From a virus (Duplodnaviria; Caudoviricetes), in the IMG/VR virus record IMGVR_UViG_3300038679_000016, positions 2,964 through 66,963 of that record: 64,000 nt of DNA; one strand, written 5' to 3'. The translations under genes and the position numbers were made by a program. This document shows, piece by piece, positions 36,343 to 45,008 of this stretch (positions are counted from its first letter, which is position 1; the number at the start of each line of letters is the position of its first letter). The notes beneath the pieces were generated by a model. The model saw only the letters and a list, made by a program, of their open reading frames with translations, did not search any database and was not told where the DNA came from.

Positions 36343-36519
36343 ATGACTCTTATTCAAACTGCCATTAAAAATTTACAGGCAGCAGATACACAACATAAAC
36401 TTGCGGTAGAACTGCTGCGCCGAGCTTACATGGTATTATCGCACCCAGATAATATATTAAGCAGCAAGCACCCGGCGCTGACAGCAGAAGTTGAAGCATA
36501 TCTAAATCGGCATGGATAA
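36343..36519 (+). CDS. Hypothetical protein (58 aa)
   Basis: AGGAGG RBS; MTLIQTAIKNLQAAD...; not in ORF track. Confidence 0.65.
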   Translation: MTLIQTAIKNLQAADTQHKLAVELLRRAYMVLSHPDNILSSKHPALTAEVEAYLNRHG

Positions 36520-36810
36520 GGAGGCACTCTAATGTTCCGCCATTGGCTCGCTTGGCTAATAGAGGTGAGCTTTGACGCAGGGCAATTCTGCCCCAATTAT
36601 ACCAGCATGATGATTTGCTGGCAAGTTCGGGCAACGGTATAAATCGGGTTCATGTAATGGCCGTGACGGGCCGATAATGGGGTAACATAATGGTTTATAT
36701 TAATACGAAATTATCGCCCCGTGACGGGCCGCCATAATCGCCCACAACGGGCAAATAAACGGGCCAGAATTAAAATGCGGCCAAAATCAAAAACATACCA
36801 ATACAGGCAC

Positions 36811-36829
36811 CATGTTAAATTTTAACATG
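36811..36829. promoter_or_regulatory. Dispersed palindrome copy 7 (flanks -)
   Basis: aggcac CATGTTAAATTTTAACATG attatt. Confidence 0.85.
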
Positions 36830-36873
36830 ATTATTACGAGCACAAATAACCCAAATAAAGGAGAAACCAGACA

Positions 36874-37059
36874 GTGCCTAAATTCATTGTAGCCACCACC
36901 ACTACTTGGCTTCAGGAATATGAAGTAGAGGCCAGCACTGCGGAAGATGCATCTGAAAAAGTGCTGTCTGGCGACAGTAAAGATGTCCAACCCATTCATG
37001 GCGAGCTCCTGTGGGATACAGAAGCTATTCACAGTATCGAAGCTGCTGAGGAGGAATAA
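36874..37059 (+). CDS. Small acidic hypothetical protein
   Basis: AAGGAG RBS, GTG start; EYEVEASTAEDA. Confidence 0.65.
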   Translation: MPKFIVATTTTWLQEYEVEASTAEDASEKVLSGDSKDVQPIHGELLWDTEAIHSIEAAEEE

Positions 37060-37061
37060 CT

Positions 37062-37397
37062 ATGTCCGCCGAGCAAGTGAATTGTCCCTACTGTGGCCAC
37101 GACAGGGAAATATCAGAAGATATAACCTGCCGCTGTGGAGCGGAATTACTCCAGACTCAATCCCTCCGGGAACGTATCCGTAGTCTGGAGGCGCAGATAA
37201 TCGCCCTCCGGCTGGAACAGGGCAAAGCAATCAGCGAGCTGTGCCGCCGGGAAAGACTGCGCAATACAAGGGCAGGCCGGGGGCAGACAAGCCCCCATTT
37301 CTGGCAGAACGTCCACGGGAAACCAGCCTGGGCCAGCCGCCCGAAGTCGCCCCGACAGGAGCGTGGACTGGAAATTGATATGACGGACTTTACCTAA
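37062..37397 (+). CDS. Zn-ribbon/coiled-coil protein ending IDMTDFT
   Basis: CPYC...CRCG; GAGG RBS. Confidence 0.65.
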   Translation: MSAEQVNCPYCGHDREISEDITCRCGAELLQTQSLRERIRSLEAQIIALRLEQGKAISELCRRERLRNTRAGRGQTSPHFWQNVHGKPAWASRPKSPRQERGLEIDMTDFT

Positions 37398-37432
37398 ATC
37401 GTAAACAATAAACCAAAAAGGAGAACACTATT

Positions 37433-37621
37433 ATGAAGCCAGAACAAGTACAAATCACCGAGATTAATAATTACCGCAGAGAAATTGGAGCTTCAGCCAA
37501 AATCACAGACAACCAGCTTGCCGCAGCAATCGCAGAGGTTGAGCCCTGGCTTGTAGATGACAGTGAAGAACGTCAGGAGCTTCTATGGCAAGCCATTTAT
37601 GAACCAGGCTCCACCATCTAA
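37433..37621 (+). CDS. Hypothetical protein
   Basis: AAGGAG RBS. Confidence 0.65.
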   Translation: MKPEQVQITEINNYRREIGASAKITDNQLAAAIAEVEPWLVDDSEERQELLWQAIYEPGSTI

Positions 37622-37630
37622 CCAGCCAGG

Positions 37631-37680
37631 CCACCTATTTTCTGCTATAATTTCCGGCAGAGAGTAGGTGGTTTTATTTT
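37631..37680 (+). terminator. Intrinsic terminator
   Basis: 15-bp stem CCACCTATTTTCTGC / GCAGAGAGTAGGTGG (two G-U pairs) followed by TTTTATTTT. Confidence 0.8.
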
Positions 37681-37758
37681 GCTGGTGAGGGACAAACAAT
37701 ATTGGGGGAATAAATAATATTGCAATAAATAATAAAATAAACATCATCAATTACCCGA

Positions 37759-37773
37759 GGGGGGGGGGGGGGG
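37759..37773. repeat. Poly-G tract (15 nt)
   Basis: Direct reading; ends 4 nt before palindrome copy 8. Confidence 0.8.
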
Positions 37774-37777
37774 CAAT

Positions 37778-37796
37778 CATGTTAAAGTTTAACACG
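37778..37796. promoter_or_regulatory. Dispersed palindrome copy 8 (flanks +)
   Basis: ggcaat CATGTTAAAGTTTAACACG atacct. Confidence 0.8.
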
Positions 37797-37812
37797 ATAC
37801 CTATAAAGTGAA

Positions 37813-37870
37813 AGTAGGTGGGGCAAGATATAGTAGGCAGTACATAGTAGGTGGCTTCTTTAGTAGGTGG
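37813..37870 (+). repeat. Four short direct repeats AGTAGG(T/C)(G/A)G, iteron-like
   Basis: AGTAGG begins at 37813, 37832, 37846, 37862. Confidence 0.6.
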
Positions 37871-37887
37871 TGTACTGTAGTATATAT

Positions 37888-37917
37888 AAAAAAAAATAAA
37901 AAAAAAAAAAAAAAAAA
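37888..37917. repeat. Poly-A tracts (A9-T-A20)
   Basis: Direct reading. Confidence 0.75.
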
Positions 37918-38119
37918 CAAACGCTACAAAATCATACATATAAAAAAGCAGTACATTACCTCTTTACTGCACCCTCGCCCACTCTGCCCGCTCTATTATA
38001 TAGGCATCATGTTACGGGGACATTTATGGATGTCAGCCCCCAGGCCGGGTAATTGATGATATTTGTAATAATGATTGTTATAATGTTTACCGCCATATTA
38101 ATACCCTGAAAAATAATTG

Positions 38120-38158
38120 TTGACAACCAAATTAATATATGTTACAATATTTGTAACA
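38120..38158 (+). promoter_or_regulatory. Near-consensus sigma70 promoter overlapped by an 8-3-8 inverted repeat
   Basis: TTGACA-17 bp-TACAAT with TG extension; TGTTACAA-TAT-TTGTAACA at 38140-38158. Confidence 0.8.
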
Positions 38159-38205
38159 ATACAACCTGGACACCAAACAAACCAAGCAGAAAGGGAGATA
38201 CAGAC

Positions 38206-38685
38206 ATGGGATATTTCATTGGCGAATTGCTTAAGCGGAAGGTGGTAGAGTATGAATTTACCGAGCTTCACGGCATACTTGCTTCCATAGCAGACGGGTC
38301 TGAGGTATTTTGGCCGGCAGAAGGATATGCCTACAGCATTATTCCGGCGTACCTGGAATCTGCCCGTATCGTGCTTTATTCTATGCTACACCACCACAGG
38401 CTTAAGAAACAGTTTGTGGTGAAAACGAATTACAGTAATCACACTGTTTTCATTAACAAGAAAATTGTTATTCGTACCGCTCGTAGTTACAAAGCTGAGC
38501 CAGCCACAAAGCGGGCAAGTTCTATCTTTATACCCTCTGCCTCTAATGCCCCTGGTGGCGGAAAGCGTGCTTCGCTGCAGGACGTGCCAGCTGTGCCGGA
38601 GGACCTCGATGGACTAATGGCGGAGGATATTACGCTCGATACGCCAGTTGGGAATACGGGGACAGCACCATTACAATCGGATTGA
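38206..38685 (+). CDS. Hypothetical protein
   Basis: GGGAG RBS; follows promoter. Confidence 0.7.
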   Translation: MGYFIGELLKRKVVEYEFTELHGILASIADGSEVFWPAEGYAYSIIPAYLESARIVLYSMLHHHRLKKQFVVKTNYSNHTVFINKKIVIRTARSYKAEPATKRASSIFIPSASNAPGGGKRASLQDVPAVPEDLDGLMAEDITLDTPVGNTGTAPLQSD

Positions 38686-38697
38686 GGAGGTATAACA

Positions 38698-38934
38698 ATG
38701 GCCTACACAGTTGTCAATTTCAAAACGAAGAAAGCACTCAAAGAAGCAGTAGCATCCTGGAACAACTACATCGCCCTCCGGAATATTGCTAGGCCAGGTT
38801 CGTTGGCCGCCGCTTTCATCTGCATAGCTGACGTATATTCCGACTTCTTCGCCGATTCTGCTATTGGTTTCAATGACATCGGCCTCTGTGCTCGTTGTGC
38901 TCAGTACGAGACAGAAAATGACATCTGGCCTTAA
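38698..38934 (+). CDS. Hypothetical protein
   Basis: GAGGAGG RBS; NFKTKKALKEAV start. Confidence 0.65.
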   Translation: MAYTVVNFKTKKALKEAVASWNNYIALRNIARPGSLAAAFICIADVYSDFFADSAIGFNDIGLCARCAQYETENDIWP

Positions 38935-38961
38935 ACAGCTACTATAGAAAGGAGACCCACA

Positions 38962-39042
38962 ATGGACAACTCAATTATCCTCATAACAACCTGTGCCCTC
39001 ATCGCAATCAGCATTTGCTGGCTTCTTGACCGCATTAATTGA
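38962..39042 (+). CDS. Small membrane peptide (26 aa)
   Basis: AAGGAG RBS; MDNSIILITTCALIAISICWLLDRIN. Confidence 0.5.
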   Translation: MDNSIILITTCALIAISICWLLDRIN

Positions 39043-39051
39043 TGTAGAAAC

Positions 39052-39070
39052 CATGTTAAATTTTAACATG
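39052..39070. promoter_or_regulatory. Dispersed palindrome copy 9 (flanks -)
   Basis: agaaac CATGTTAAATTTTAACATG attaat. Confidence 0.85.
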
Positions 39071-39105
39071 ATTAATCGTAGCCAAATAACTCAAAGAAAA
39101 ATACT

Positions 39106-39597
39106 ATGACCTACACCCCCCAACATGGCAGACGCCACGAAATTGAGTTTTACGAACCACCTTCCGGCAACGAGTTCCTGGACGGCATCGCTCAGGTCAT
39201 CTGTGGGCCGGACGCTACATGGACTGGCAACCACCGGATAGCCTTCAGATGTCTCCATACGTCTGATGATAAACGCACCTATATTATCGAGGAAGTAGAT
39301 ATATACCGTGACCTCCTCCAGACAAGCGTGTCGTTATCTAAGTATACAAAGATAGTAGAGATACATCTGGAATGTAGAATTTGCTCCACAAAATATCAAG
39401 TCTGGCGCATTGTAGGCGATGATTGGACTCAGTCAAAGTACTGGCTTTATCCAGATCACTGTCCGGCGTGTCCCCCAATGTCTCCTGATGCATGGCTCGC
39501 TCAGCTCGGATATTGCCCGGAGCGACCCACCATAGCATCTCCAGACAGCCGGTCTATCAGCAGCAATCACGATATTGATATGGCTGATTTCACTTAA
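39106..39597 (+). CDS. Zn-finger protein ending IDMADFT
   Basis: CRIC...CPAC. Confidence 0.65.
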   Translation: MTYTPQHGRRHEIEFYEPPSGNEFLDGIAQVICGPDATWTGNHRIAFRCLHTSDDKRTYIIEEVDIYRDLLQTSVSLSKYTKIVEIHLECRICSTKYQVWRIVGDDWTQSKYWLYPDHCPACPPMSPDAWLAQLGYCPERPTIASPDSRSISSNHDIDMADFT

Positions 39598-39618
39598 CTC
39601 ACCACCGGACTCAGGCAC

Positions 39619-39637
39619 CATGTTAAAATTTAACATG
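39619..39637. promoter_or_regulatory. Dispersed palindrome copy 10 (flanks -)
   Basis: aggcac CATGTTAAAATTTAACATG attatc. Confidence 0.85.
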
Positions 39638-39681
39638 ATTATCCACAGTACAAATAAACCCACATAAGGAGAACCCACACT

Positions 39682-39861
39682 ATGAAAAACATCGAAATGT
39701 CTGTCACTGGCAACATCCTCACCATTAAGGTCGATATCACCAAGACCTTTGGCCCCTCGAAGAGTGGCAAGACCACCATTATTGCCTCCACTGAGGGCAA
39801 TATCGGCGTGCCTGGCAAGGAAGAAGTACGAGTCGGCCTCAATGTCTACAAATCTAAATAG
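39682..39861 (+). CDS. Small conserved hypothetical protein (59 aa)
   Basis: AAGGAG RBS; MKNIEMSVTGNILTIKVDITKTFGPSKSGKTTIIASTEGN...VGLNVYK; not in ORF track. Confidence 0.75.
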   Translation: MKNIEMSVTGNILTIKVDITKTFGPSKSGKTTIIASTEGNIGVPGKEEVRVGLNVYKSK

Positions 39862-39881
39862 TAAAAAGGAGCCCCCCCACT

Positions 39882-40067
39882 ATGTATAAAATGCGATATG
39901 TTCAACAGAAACGTCCGCCGGAACTCCTCACTCCAGATGACCGGATTCGGCTGGCCACAGAAAGGGTCCACCTTCCCAGCTTCGGTCAATCGCCGTCTCA
40001 CCCACAACAAACTCCAGCCCGCATCAGCCTGGAATATGCTGACCGCTACCGGGGGGACAGGAAATAA
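39882..40067 (+). CDS. Hypothetical protein
   Basis: AAGGAG RBS. Confidence 0.5.
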   Translation: MYKMRYVQQKRPPELLTPDDRIRLATERVHLPSFGQSPSHPQQTPARISLEYADRYRGDRK

Positions 40068-40119
40068 CTTAGATCTGAATTCACGTGCACGTGCTAACAC
40101 AAAGAAAGGAGGCTGTCCT

Positions 40120-40335
40120 ATGATTACACTCGAGCACCGAAAAGTAAATATTGCCCTCCCATCAGAAATATGGGAAATCCTCGACGGTACGGACAAGATG
40201 GCCCGGAAGGACCTCGGCCAGAGCTTTGAAGAATGGGTCGCAGCCCTAATCATGAAATCAGTAGCCCAGTGTCTCGGGTTGGCCCTTGATGCAATACAAT
40301 CTGCGCCAACCCACGGCGTTGAAGGTAACGCTTGA
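40120..40335 (+). CDS. Ribbon-helix-helix-like small protein
   Basis: AAGGAGG RBS; RKVNIALPSEIWEILD alternating beta strand then helices. Confidence 0.5.
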   Translation: MITLEHRKVNIALPSEIWEILDGTDKMARKDLGQSFEEWVAALIMKSVAQCLGLALDAIQSAPTHGVEGNA

Positions 40336-40532
40336 CAACCAGTGATAAACAGATGGTAACCAAACAGCCCCAGCGCCCCAAGTGCCGTACTACCGGTAAG
40401 CTGAAATACAGCACCGAGCGTGCGGCACTTGATCGTATTGAGATACTGCGTATCCTCGGCGCAGTCTGGCGGCAGGAGCAACACACCTATCGGTGTCGGC
40501 ACTGTGGGTGCTGGCACCTTACATCGAAATGA
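40332..40532 (+). CDS. Small Zn-finger phage protein
   Basis: C..TGK..Y...Y.C.HCGCWHLTS. Confidence 0.65.
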   Translation: MTTSDKQMVTKQPQRPKCRTTGKLKYSTERAALDRIEILRILGAVWRQEQHTYRCRHCGCWHLTSK

Positions 40533-40550
40533 CAATAAGGAGACTGATAT

Positions 40551-40787
40551 ATGGAAGACTACACATACTCTACGGCCTACTTCAAAGTCCCAGACCAGCC
40601 TACTGATCCGCCAGAGCCATCGGATGCCGCCAGAGATGAACGGAACTGGTTTCGTGAGGAAGCCATGATTCACATAGACTACGTAGTAGAGAATCTTGAT
40701 GCTCTGGAGCACGATGGCCAGCACCGGCATACTCAGATATACCTTGAACGGCTCCGGGAATACCTGGAGAACGACATGGAGGACTAG
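40551..40787 (+). CDS. Acidic hypothetical protein
   Basis: AAGGAG RBS. Confidence 0.6.
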   Translation: MEDYTYSTAYFKVPDQPTDPPEPSDAARDERNWFREEAMIHIDYVVENLDALEHDGQHRHTQIYLERLREYLENDMED

Positions 40788-40793
40788 CTGGCC

Positions 40794-41072
40794 ATGACCG
40801 ACCTCGCTCGTATTACCAGTCGCCTATCGGTAGCTGGATTCTCCGGCCTCATCAGTGAACTGTCAGCCGGGCCGTTGTTGGAACACCGAGAATACGCCTT
40901 CCGCGCACTGGCGCCAGCAAAGGCAGTGATGGCTCTACTGTACAAATGGATGACCTTCCGACCTGACGTAAAGGCACGTACTACGCTGCGGCTGGATGTC
41001 AATACAGCCATACTGACAGTGATACCGAAGGGGATAAGTGAGAAGAGGGGACGGAAACCGAACACCTACTGA
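40794..41072 (+). CDS. Hypothetical protein
   Basis: GGAGG RBS. Confidence 0.55.
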   Translation: MTDLARITSRLSVAGFSGLISELSAGPLLEHREYAFRALAPAKAVMALLYKWMTFRPDVKARTTLRLDVNTAILTVIPKGISEKRGRKPNTY

Positions 41073-41091
41073 ATAAAGGGAGAGATAAGTA

Positions 41092-41982
41092 ATGTCCTAT
41101 ATCGAAGTAGTAGATCCCACACGTCTCCGAGACAGCCTCCAGTGTCTCCGCCTATTCTACTGGCGTCATGAGAGGGGTGTCGTTCCAGCAGCTCCCCGCC
41201 TGCCACTGGCCTACGGCTCTGGAGTCCATGCATCTCTGGCTGCTAACTATGAAGGTAAATCAGCTGGCCAATGCCTCAAAGCATTCGAGGAAGTGTGGGA
41301 ACGGGAAGTACTGCCATACCAGACAGAGTGGATGGAGGAGGACAGAAAGCGGAATCCAGTCCGATGGGCAGAATCCTTTATGCTGTACAGACGGTTCTAC
41401 GCCTCGGTTGACCAGCACTTTACCGTCAAGAACGTAGAGGCTCCATTCTTTCTGCCCATCTCGGACAAAGTAGCCCTCGGCGGTATAATCGACCTGTTAG
41501 TTACATATCTGAATCAGCTGATGGTTGTGGACCACAAGACCACCAGCGTAACGTGGCCCTCATTCTTCGCTGGCTTTAATCCGAATCACCAGTTCTCAGT
41601 ATATCTCCTTGGTGCATCGGAGATTCTGCAGCAACCAGTTACGACAGCCCTCATCAACTGCATTGTCACTCACGCAACGGAGCAGCGCCCAGAGAAACTG
41701 TTCATCCGGCAGCCCACCACTCGTACTCCAGCCCAGCATTTGATGTTGAAAGATGAGATCCTGGGCTGGTGGTCTATCGTTCAGGCCTGTCGGTCGTCGA
41801 ATAACTGGCCCAGGAATGATGACAGGTGTCAACGGTGGCAGGGAGGCTGTGATTATCATAATCTCTGTACTGACATTACGACAGATTACCGGCGCATCAT
41901 ACCGTCTAAGCAACTATTTCGAGAATCAGTATGGGACCCGATTGCCGCTCTTCGGAAAGCTGGATTCAAGGAGACGATATGA
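41092..41982 (+). CDS. PD-(D/E)XK exonuclease (RecB/Cas4-like with 1+3 Cys Fe-S staple)
   Basis: GGIIDLL...VVDHKTT...HQFSVY; N-terminal QC and C-terminal C......C..HNLC. Confidence 0.85.
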   Translation: MSYIEVVDPTRLRDSLQCLRLFYWRHERGVVPAAPRLPLAYGSGVHASLAANYEGKSAGQCLKAFEEVWEREVLPYQTEWMEEDRKRNPVRWAESFMLYRRFYASVDQHFTVKNVEAPFFLPISDKVALGGIIDLLVTYLNQLMVVDHKTTSVTWPSFFAGFNPNHQFSVYLLGASEILQQPVTTALINCIVTHATEQRPEKLFIRQPTTRTPAQHLMLKDEILGWWSIVQACRSSNNWPRNDDRCQRWQGGCDYHNLCTDITTDYRRIIPSKQLFRESVWDPIAALRKAGFKETI

Positions 41983-41996
41983 AGACTGTAAATAAT

Positions 41997-42015
41997 CATG
42001 TTAAATTTTAACATG
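41997..42015. promoter_or_regulatory. Dispersed palindrome copy 11 (flanks +)
   Basis: aataat CATGTTAAATTTTAACATG gtaact. Confidence 0.85.
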
Positions 42016-42045
42016 GTAACTGGAACATTTTGAGGAGAATCCAGC

Positions 42046-42258
42046 ATGAAAAAGTGGCAAGGCAATTTCTGCTGGCACGGTGAGGACCACACACTCTACA
42101 CCAGTGCCACCACTGAGCGGCAAGCCTTCCAACGGATGTGCCACCAGCTGGCCAGGAAACTGGAATACAGCCAGCGTCATGTGTGGATGTATTTTACAGA
42201 TGTGCCCAACAAATACAAAATAGAGGAGATTCCATGTTCATCCAATCTGGAAGAATAA
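42046..42258 (+). CDS. Hypothetical protein
   Basis: GAGGAG RBS. Confidence 0.6.
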   Translation: MKKWQGNFCWHGEDHTLYTSATTERQAFQRMCHQLARKLEYSQRHVWMYFTDVPNKYKIEEIPCSSNLEE

Positions 42259-42271
42259 CTGGCCTACTGCA

Positions 42272-42511
42272 ATGATTGGTACTGGCCTATCGACTATGCG
42301 CATTCACAGCAAGACCACAACCGGATGGTGCCGTACTTGCCGCAGTCATAAGTGTATAATGACGGCCTATATTCCTAAGTATAATTACATATGGACCTGG
42401 GCAGAAAGATATACACAGCTAATGCAGGGAGCCAGCGACTACACAATAGAGTGCATCCAGAAAGATCGGCAGCGGGAGGCGAGATCGTGCGATATTGGCA
42501 CTACCCGTTAA
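42272..42511 (+). CDS. Hypothetical protein (overlapping ORFs, boundaries uncertain)
   Basis: ORF track; weak RBS. Confidence 0.35.
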   Translation: MIGTGLSTMRIHSKTTTGWCRTCRSHKCIMTAYIPKYNYIWTWAERYTQLMQGASDYTIECIQKDRQREARSCDIGTTR

Positions 42512-42683
42512 GGCATTTCCTTCGACATCCGTATCTCGTTATGTTGGTAATGTGGAACTTTATGCTCCGCCGGTGGGGTATCAAGCCGGATAAATGGTAT
42601 TGGGCAGATGTGAAGCTGATGGAGATTATACTGAAGGAAGGGAGATTCTAACTATTAACAGTAAAAAGAAAGGAGCTTCCATA

Positions 42684-42905
42684 ATGAGCCTAACTTACAC
42701 TGAATGGCGTAAGCGTACATCGGCGGAGTCAGCAGAGAAACTCCTGCGTCGAGCGTATCAACTACTCCAAGAGTGGAACGAACTGGAGCACAGTCAGGCA
42801 GTGGATATTGAGCGGCAACTGTCTGGTGAGTACACCAAAGACGACGAATGCTGGATGGAGGCACTGCCTGGAGCAACTATGAACTTCGTGAATTGGGGGA
42901 TATAA
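42684..42905 (+). CDS. Hypothetical protein
   Basis: AAGGAG RBS before MSLTYTEW. Confidence 0.6.
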   Translation: MSLTYTEWRKRTSAESAEKLLRRAYQLLQEWNELEHSQAVDIERQLSGEYTKDDECWMEALPGATMNFVNWGI

Positions 42906-42938
42906 CAGTGGGAGAGCGACAGGGAGTTGAATAGAGCG

Positions 42939-43250
42939 ATGGAAATCACTATACATATCGACAATTGCCGCGGTTGCCGCCACAGAGACCATTCTGGAGC
43001 ATTCACCCCCGGCGGAGCCAAGGAGATTTGCGGGCACGGATACGCTCCGGACATGGTGGAGAAGTTCAAAAAACTCCCGAATTGCGACTGCAATATTCGC
43101 CGCAAAATCAACTCTGTGGATGAAAAACGCAGAAAGGAAGGGTACATCCTATTCATGAAAACCGGATCGTACTGGAAAAACAGGGTGTTACCAAACAAAG
43201 GGAACACCATCCCGGAGTGGTGCCCACTGAAAAACGGTTTCCCCTACTGA
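42939..43250 (+). CDS. Cys-containing hypothetical protein
   Basis: C.GC.H...IPEWCPL. Confidence 0.6.
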   Translation: MEITIHIDNCRGCRHRDHSGAFTPGGAKEICGHGYAPDMVEKFKKLPNCDCNIRRKINSVDEKRRKEGYILFMKTGSYWKNRVLPNKGNTIPEWCPLKNGFPY

Positions 43251-43375
43251 AAAAGGAGAAGAGCGACTTCGCCCGGAGTATACAAAAAATCATGAACTCC
43301 ACATCGTTAAACAGACGATGCGTAACCCGAAGGAACGAACTGTCCTGTGCCCGGAGTGCGGGAAGGAGGTGGAAG

Positions 43376-43630
43376 ATGTCGACTAATATGTTGAGCAAAG
43401 AAGAAGCAAACGAATTATTCAGCTGGATCGACAACCTGGAGATCGCTCTGGAGAGCCTCCAGCGTGGCGTAGTGGATCTATTCGCCACCAACGATAGTTG
43501 TGCCCGCCGCACCCTGCTGGAACAGGTAATAAGCCAGCGGCAGATATGGCTGGAGAGGCCGGTTGATGAACTACAGAAACTGATTGCTATTGGAAAGGAG
43601 AAAAATATATGCCTAAATACTACAAATTAA
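43376..43630 (+). CDS. Hypothetical protein
   Basis: GGAGG RBS before MSTNML. Confidence 0.55.
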   Translation: MSTNMLSKEEANELFSWIDNLEIALESLQRGVVDLFATNDSCARRTLLEQVISQRQIWLERPVDELQKLIAIGKEKNICLNTTN

Positions 43631-44289
43631 CAGACGAAAACGACCGCACACACGGTGACTGCCAGTGGGGAGAGAACGTAACCTACGAGACGGACGGCAA
43701 GGGAGATTTGTGTGGGCCAGGCTGGACGCACTGGTACACCCATCCGCTCCTGGCGGTACTGCTTAATCCTAGTCACGGTAGGTTTGATCTGACTACAGCG
43801 CACCTATGGGAAAGTCCAGAGAATCAGGTAGCCGAGAAGTTTGACTGCGGGTTAAAGGTAGGTTGCAAGCGTGGCACAACGGCGCGGCGCATACCTCTGC
43901 CAGAGGTTACGCTAATTCAAAAAATTGCTTTTGGCATACTTTGCTCTTTGGCTGTTTACAAAGAGCAAAGTTATGTAACCTGGGCTGAATCCTGGTTATC
44001 AGGAGAAGATCGCAGCGCAAATAGGGCGGCGGCGACGCGGGCAGCGTGGACGGCGGAGGCGGAGGCGCGGGCGGCGGAGGCGCGGGCGGCGGAGTGGGCG
44101 GCGTGGGCGGCGGGAGCGGCGGAGTGGGCGGCGTGGGCGGCGGCGGCGGAGGCACGGGCGGCAGGGGCGGCGGACGCCCTGGCGGCAGGAGCGGCGGAGG
44201 CGCGGGCGGCGGGAGCGGCGGCACGGGCGGCAGCGCTAAACAACCTCGACTTAGTGTATCTCGCCTACAAAGCTATGGAGATAAAATAA
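43609..44289 (+). CDS. Phage protein with C-terminal Ala/Trp/Glu/Arg low-complexity repeats
   Basis: AAGGAG RBS; YYKLTD...LCGPGW.H; AAWAA/AEARAA repeats. Confidence 0.75.
   Translation: MPKYYKLTDENDRTHGDCQWGENVTYETDGKGDLCGPGWTHWYTHPLLAVLLNPSHGRFDLTTAHLWESPENQVAEKFDCGLKVGCKRGTTARRIPLPEVTLIQKIAFGILCSLAVYKEQSYVTWAESWLSGEDRSANRAAATRAAWTAEAEARAAEARAAEWAAWAAGAAEWAAWAAAAEARAAGAADALAAGAAEARAAGAAARAAALNNLDLVYLAYKAMEIK
44022..44237 (+). repeat. G-rich degenerate tandem repeats (GCGGCGGAGGCGCGG-type)
   Basis: Direct reading; almost devoid of T. Confidence 0.8.
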
Positions 44290-44346
44290 TGAAATCCCAG
44301 TGGATCATACACAGAAACTAATTGCTATAAAAAAGGAGAACATATA

Positions 44347-44643
44347 ATGAAACCAACTGACTTCATCAAAGGACAAAGAGTTTATCTGGCAGACTTAGTC
44401 GAAGAGTATCCTGGTGAGCCTAAGCAGTATTATGCTGCTTATCACAGGGATATGTTAATGACCGGCCCGTTTACAGTAATCGCAGCTGGGCGTCGCCGTA
44501 CGACATTCTGCACACTCGATGGTAAACGAGGTGAGATGTTCAATGGAGACTCAGGGCTTACTCCATATGGTTCAAAGTGGAATGAAACTAACGCAACTTT
44601 TGAGATGCTGCCAAAGCCACAATGGGCAGATGACTGGATGTAG
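44347..44643 (+). CDS. Hypothetical protein
   Basis: AAGGAG RBS. Confidence 0.65.
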   Translation: MKPTDFIKGQRVYLADLVEEYPGEPKQYYAAYHRDMLMTGPFTVIAAGRRRTTFCTLDGKRGEMFNGDSGLTPYGSKWNETNATFEMLPKPQWADDWM

Positions 44644-44655
44644 AGGAGGAATATA

Positions 44656-44937
44656 ATGAAGCGACTAATCATCGTACTGTACATCGTGGCTACCTGTGCG
44701 GGGGCAAGCGCCCAATGGATACCAGACTACAGCAGCCCGCAGTATCAAATGCAACAACAGATGCTGGAACAACAGCGTCAGCAGACAGCAGCTCAGCAGC
44801 AAATGCTGATGGAAATGCAGCAGCAACGGCTGCAGCAACAACAGCTCTACGGGGGCAATTGTCTGCCATCGTATGAGCCGCGGCGTCCCCTGGGTAGCTT
44901 TATTGATGGCTTTAACGCTGGGCGGCGAGGACGGTAA
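44656..44937 (+). CDS. Secreted Gln-rich small protein
   Basis: Signal peptide MKRLIIVLYIVATCAGASA; poly-Q core. Confidence 0.7.
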   Translation: MKRLIIVLYIVATCAGASAQWIPDYSSPQYQMQQQMLEQQRQQTAAQQQMLMEMQQQRLQQQQLYGGNCLPSYEPRRPLGSFIDGFNAGRRGR

Positions 44938-44952
44938 TTTACTATAAATAAT

Positions 44953-44971
44953 CACGTTAAAATTTAACGTG
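44953..44971. promoter_or_regulatory. Dispersed palindrome copy 12 (flanks +, symmetric double substitution)
   Basis: aataat CACGTTAAAATTTAACGTG attcct. Confidence 0.85.
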
Positions 44972-45008
44972 ATTCCTATAAACTAAAACGACAAAGAGGA
45001 CTGAGATA

